Assembly (NCBI GenBank): GCA_965208575.1
Contig: CBDBOV010000006.1
Location: 791,808 to 855,807, forward strand
Length of the DNA stretch: 64,000 bases
Source: Spirochaetia bacterium
Lineage (GTDB): Bacteria > Spirochaetota > Spirochaetia > SZUA-6 > Bin103
Reading direction: 5' to 3'
Below, piece after piece: positions 62,504-64,000 of this stretch. Below the pieces are notes generated by a model. That model did not search any database, was not told the origin of the DNA, and saw only the letters and a list, made by a program, of their open reading frames with translations. The first letter of the stretch is position 1. Every line of letters begins with the position of its first letter. The position numbers and the translations under genes were made by a program.

Positions 62504-63658
62504 GTGAGCGCACCGAGCCGGGCGCCGCTCGCGGAACGCGCCCTGTCGGCGCGGGTGGTCGGCTTTTGCCGCCACCTGCGGGAGGCGGGAATCGCGCTGG
62601 GGCTGGGCGAACAGGCTGACGCGGCGCGAGCGGCCGCGGTGGCCCTGCGCGACCCGCAGCGGTTTCGGATGGCGCTGCGCGCCACCACCGCCAAGAACCG
62701 CGACGAACAGGAGATCTTCGACGCGTGTTACGCGGCCTACTGGGACAACCTCGTGGAGGCGGACTTCACCGACCCGGACCCGGCAGAGAGCGTCCTGCCG
62801 CCGTTGCGGATCCCGCGGCGCGGCAAGCAGTCGGTGCAGTACGAGGGAGACTCCTCGCTGGCCGGCGACCGGGAGGTGTCGGCCGCCGCCTACAGCCCGC
62901 AACAGGTGCCGGCGCGCACCGACTTCGCGCTGCTGAGCACGGACGAGCTGGAGCAGATGTCGCACCTGCTGCTGGCCATCGGCCGGCAACTGGCCCGCTC
63001 CCTGTCGCGCCGCTTCCAGCCCGGTACGCGCGGCGTCCGGCTCGACCTGCGCCGCACCCTGCGCGCCGGGTTGCGGTCGGGCGAGCTGCTCGACCTGGCG
63101 CTGCTGCGCCGCCGCCAGCGGCGGCTGAAGCTGGCGCTGATCTGCGACGTCAGCAAGTCGATGGACCTGTACAGCCGTTTCCTGATCCAGTTCATGTTCG
63201 CCTTCCAGCGCGCCTACCGGCGCATCGAGACATTCGTGTTCAGCACCGGCCTGCACCGCATCACCGACCAGCTCCGCGGCCCCAACCTGACCGCCGCCCT
63301 CGACCGCCTGTCCGCGACCGTGCCGGAGTGGTCCGGCGGCACCCGCATCGGCGCATCGCTCGAACGCTACCTGGACGATTACGGCCGCACCGCCCTCGAC
63401 CGGCGCACCGTGGTGACCATCCTGAGCGACGGCTGGGACACCGGCGACATCGACCTGCTGAGTCGCTGCATGGAGGAGATCCAGCGCCGCGCCGCCCTGG
63501 TCATCTGGCTCAACCCCCTGCTCGGCAACACCGGCTATCGCCCGCAGACGCGCGGCATGCAGGCTGCCCTGCCGTTCGTGGACGTGTTCGCCGCCGCCCA
63601 CAACGCCGCCAGCCTGCGCCGCCTCGCCACCACCCTCGCCGGCCAACGCACCGGGTAG
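62504..63658 (+). CDS. VWA domain protein, CoxE-like
   Basis: 384 aa. N-terminus reads VGFCRHLREAGIALG... The MIDAS-like motif is LALICDVSKSM, then ..TVVTILSDGWDTGD. Confidence 0.8.
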   Translation: MSAPSRAPLAERALSARVVGFCRHLREAGIALGLGEQADAARAAAVALRDPQRFRMALRATTAKNRDEQEIFDACYAAYWDNLVEADFTDPDPAESVLPPLRIPRRGKQSVQYEGDSSLAGDREVSAAAYSPQQVPARTDFALLSTDELEQMSHLLLAIGRQLARSLSRRFQPGTRGVRLDLRRTLRAGLRSGELLDLALLRRRQRRLKLALICDVSKSMDLYSRFLIQFMFAFQRAYRRIETFVFSTGLHRITDQLRGPNLTAALDRLSATVPEWSGGTRIGASLERYLDDYGRTALDRRTVVTILSDGWDTGDIDLLSRCMEEIQRRAALVIWLNPLLGNTGYRPQTRGMQAALPFVDVFAAAHNAASLRRLATTLAGQRTG

Positions 63659-63768
63659 CCTGGTCCGAAAAAGCCAGCCGGTAGCCGATGCTTCGGCATC
63701 GGTATTCATCGTCTTCCATGGCACGGAGTGACCGTACAGACTCCGCCGGAAGATCGGTTCGGCAGCCG

Positions 63769-64000
63769 TCAGCCCTGCGAATCCGGCGGCGGGGCCAGGA
63801 GGGTCTCGAAGTCCGCCAGCAGCTTCGGCAGCACCTGGTTCATCTTGCCCATCTGCCGGTAGACGGTCGCATCATCAAGGCCGACGTATTCGTGCGCAAG
63901 CACGTTTCGGAACCCTCCCAGGCCGCGCAACTCGCGGTAGCGCTCCTCGGTCAGAAATCCACCGCGGTGCGCATTGGACAGCACGTCCTCATACGTATCG
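63769..64000 (-). CDS. HepT-like (DUF86) toxin, 5-prime partial at window edge
   Basis: R-x4-H-x-Y motif (FRNVLAHEY). The frame remains open to the window end, so the N-terminus and any MntA partner lie outside. Confidence 0.7.
   Translation of the reverse strand, partial: DTYEDVLSNAHRGGFLTEERYRELRGLGGFRNVLAHEYVGLDDATVYRQMGKMNQVLPKLLADFETLLAPPPDSQG

Noticed and set aside
1-64000. rRNA, tRNA, tmRNA, transposase, integrase or phage structural genes
   Set aside because: No cloverleaf-like or rRNA-like conserved stretches were noticed. No ORF had DDE, tyrosine or serine recombinase motifs or phage motifs. This absence is based on visual inspection only and should be confirmed with tRNAscan-SE/Infernal and HMM searches.

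Overview
High-GC bacterial chromosomal segment dominated by solute uptake and small-molecule oxidation genes, and heavily scarred by recombination. I see no rRNA, tRNA, CRISPR array, transposase or integrase. Content: (i) six family-5 (Opp/Dpp/PepT-type) substrate-binding protein (SBP) genes in SBP-permease-permease cassettes, none with an ABC ATPase gene. Degenerate copies of the same cassette are also present. (ii) One sugar-type (family-1 SBP) ABC system with duplicated SBPs. (iii) One complete Liv-type branched-chain amino acid system (livG-H-M-SBP-livF). (iv) Four intact PhyH-type dioxygenases plus one fragment, two HpcH/HpaI aldolases, a VOC/glyoxalase and a membrane desaturase. (v) Two FG-GAP/ASPIC (CRTAC1-like) proteins, one fused to an ArsP-type permease, next to an RCC1-repeat lipoprotein. 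(vi) Two AAA-ATPase/PD-(D/E)XK paralogs, an AAA_14/DUF4143 ATPase and a MoxR-VWA pair. (vii) Toxin-antitoxin genes: HigBA, MazEF, a partial HepT, and HicA, PIN and VapBC remnants. The left ~9.5 kb is a mosaic of truncated, fused or internally deleted genes. Best candidates for something new: a split ABC-ATPase + TOPRIM-like (DUF4276-like) pair at 1092-~2850; a conserved structured 5-prime leader shared by two paralogous SBP genes; a repeat family with a variable-length poly-G/C tract and an embedded promoter-like motif at cassette boundaries; a MITE-like palindromic element family with one copy inside a coding loop; and the permease::FG-GAP/ASPIC fusion neighbourhood. All family calls come from motif recognition by eye. 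No database search was run.
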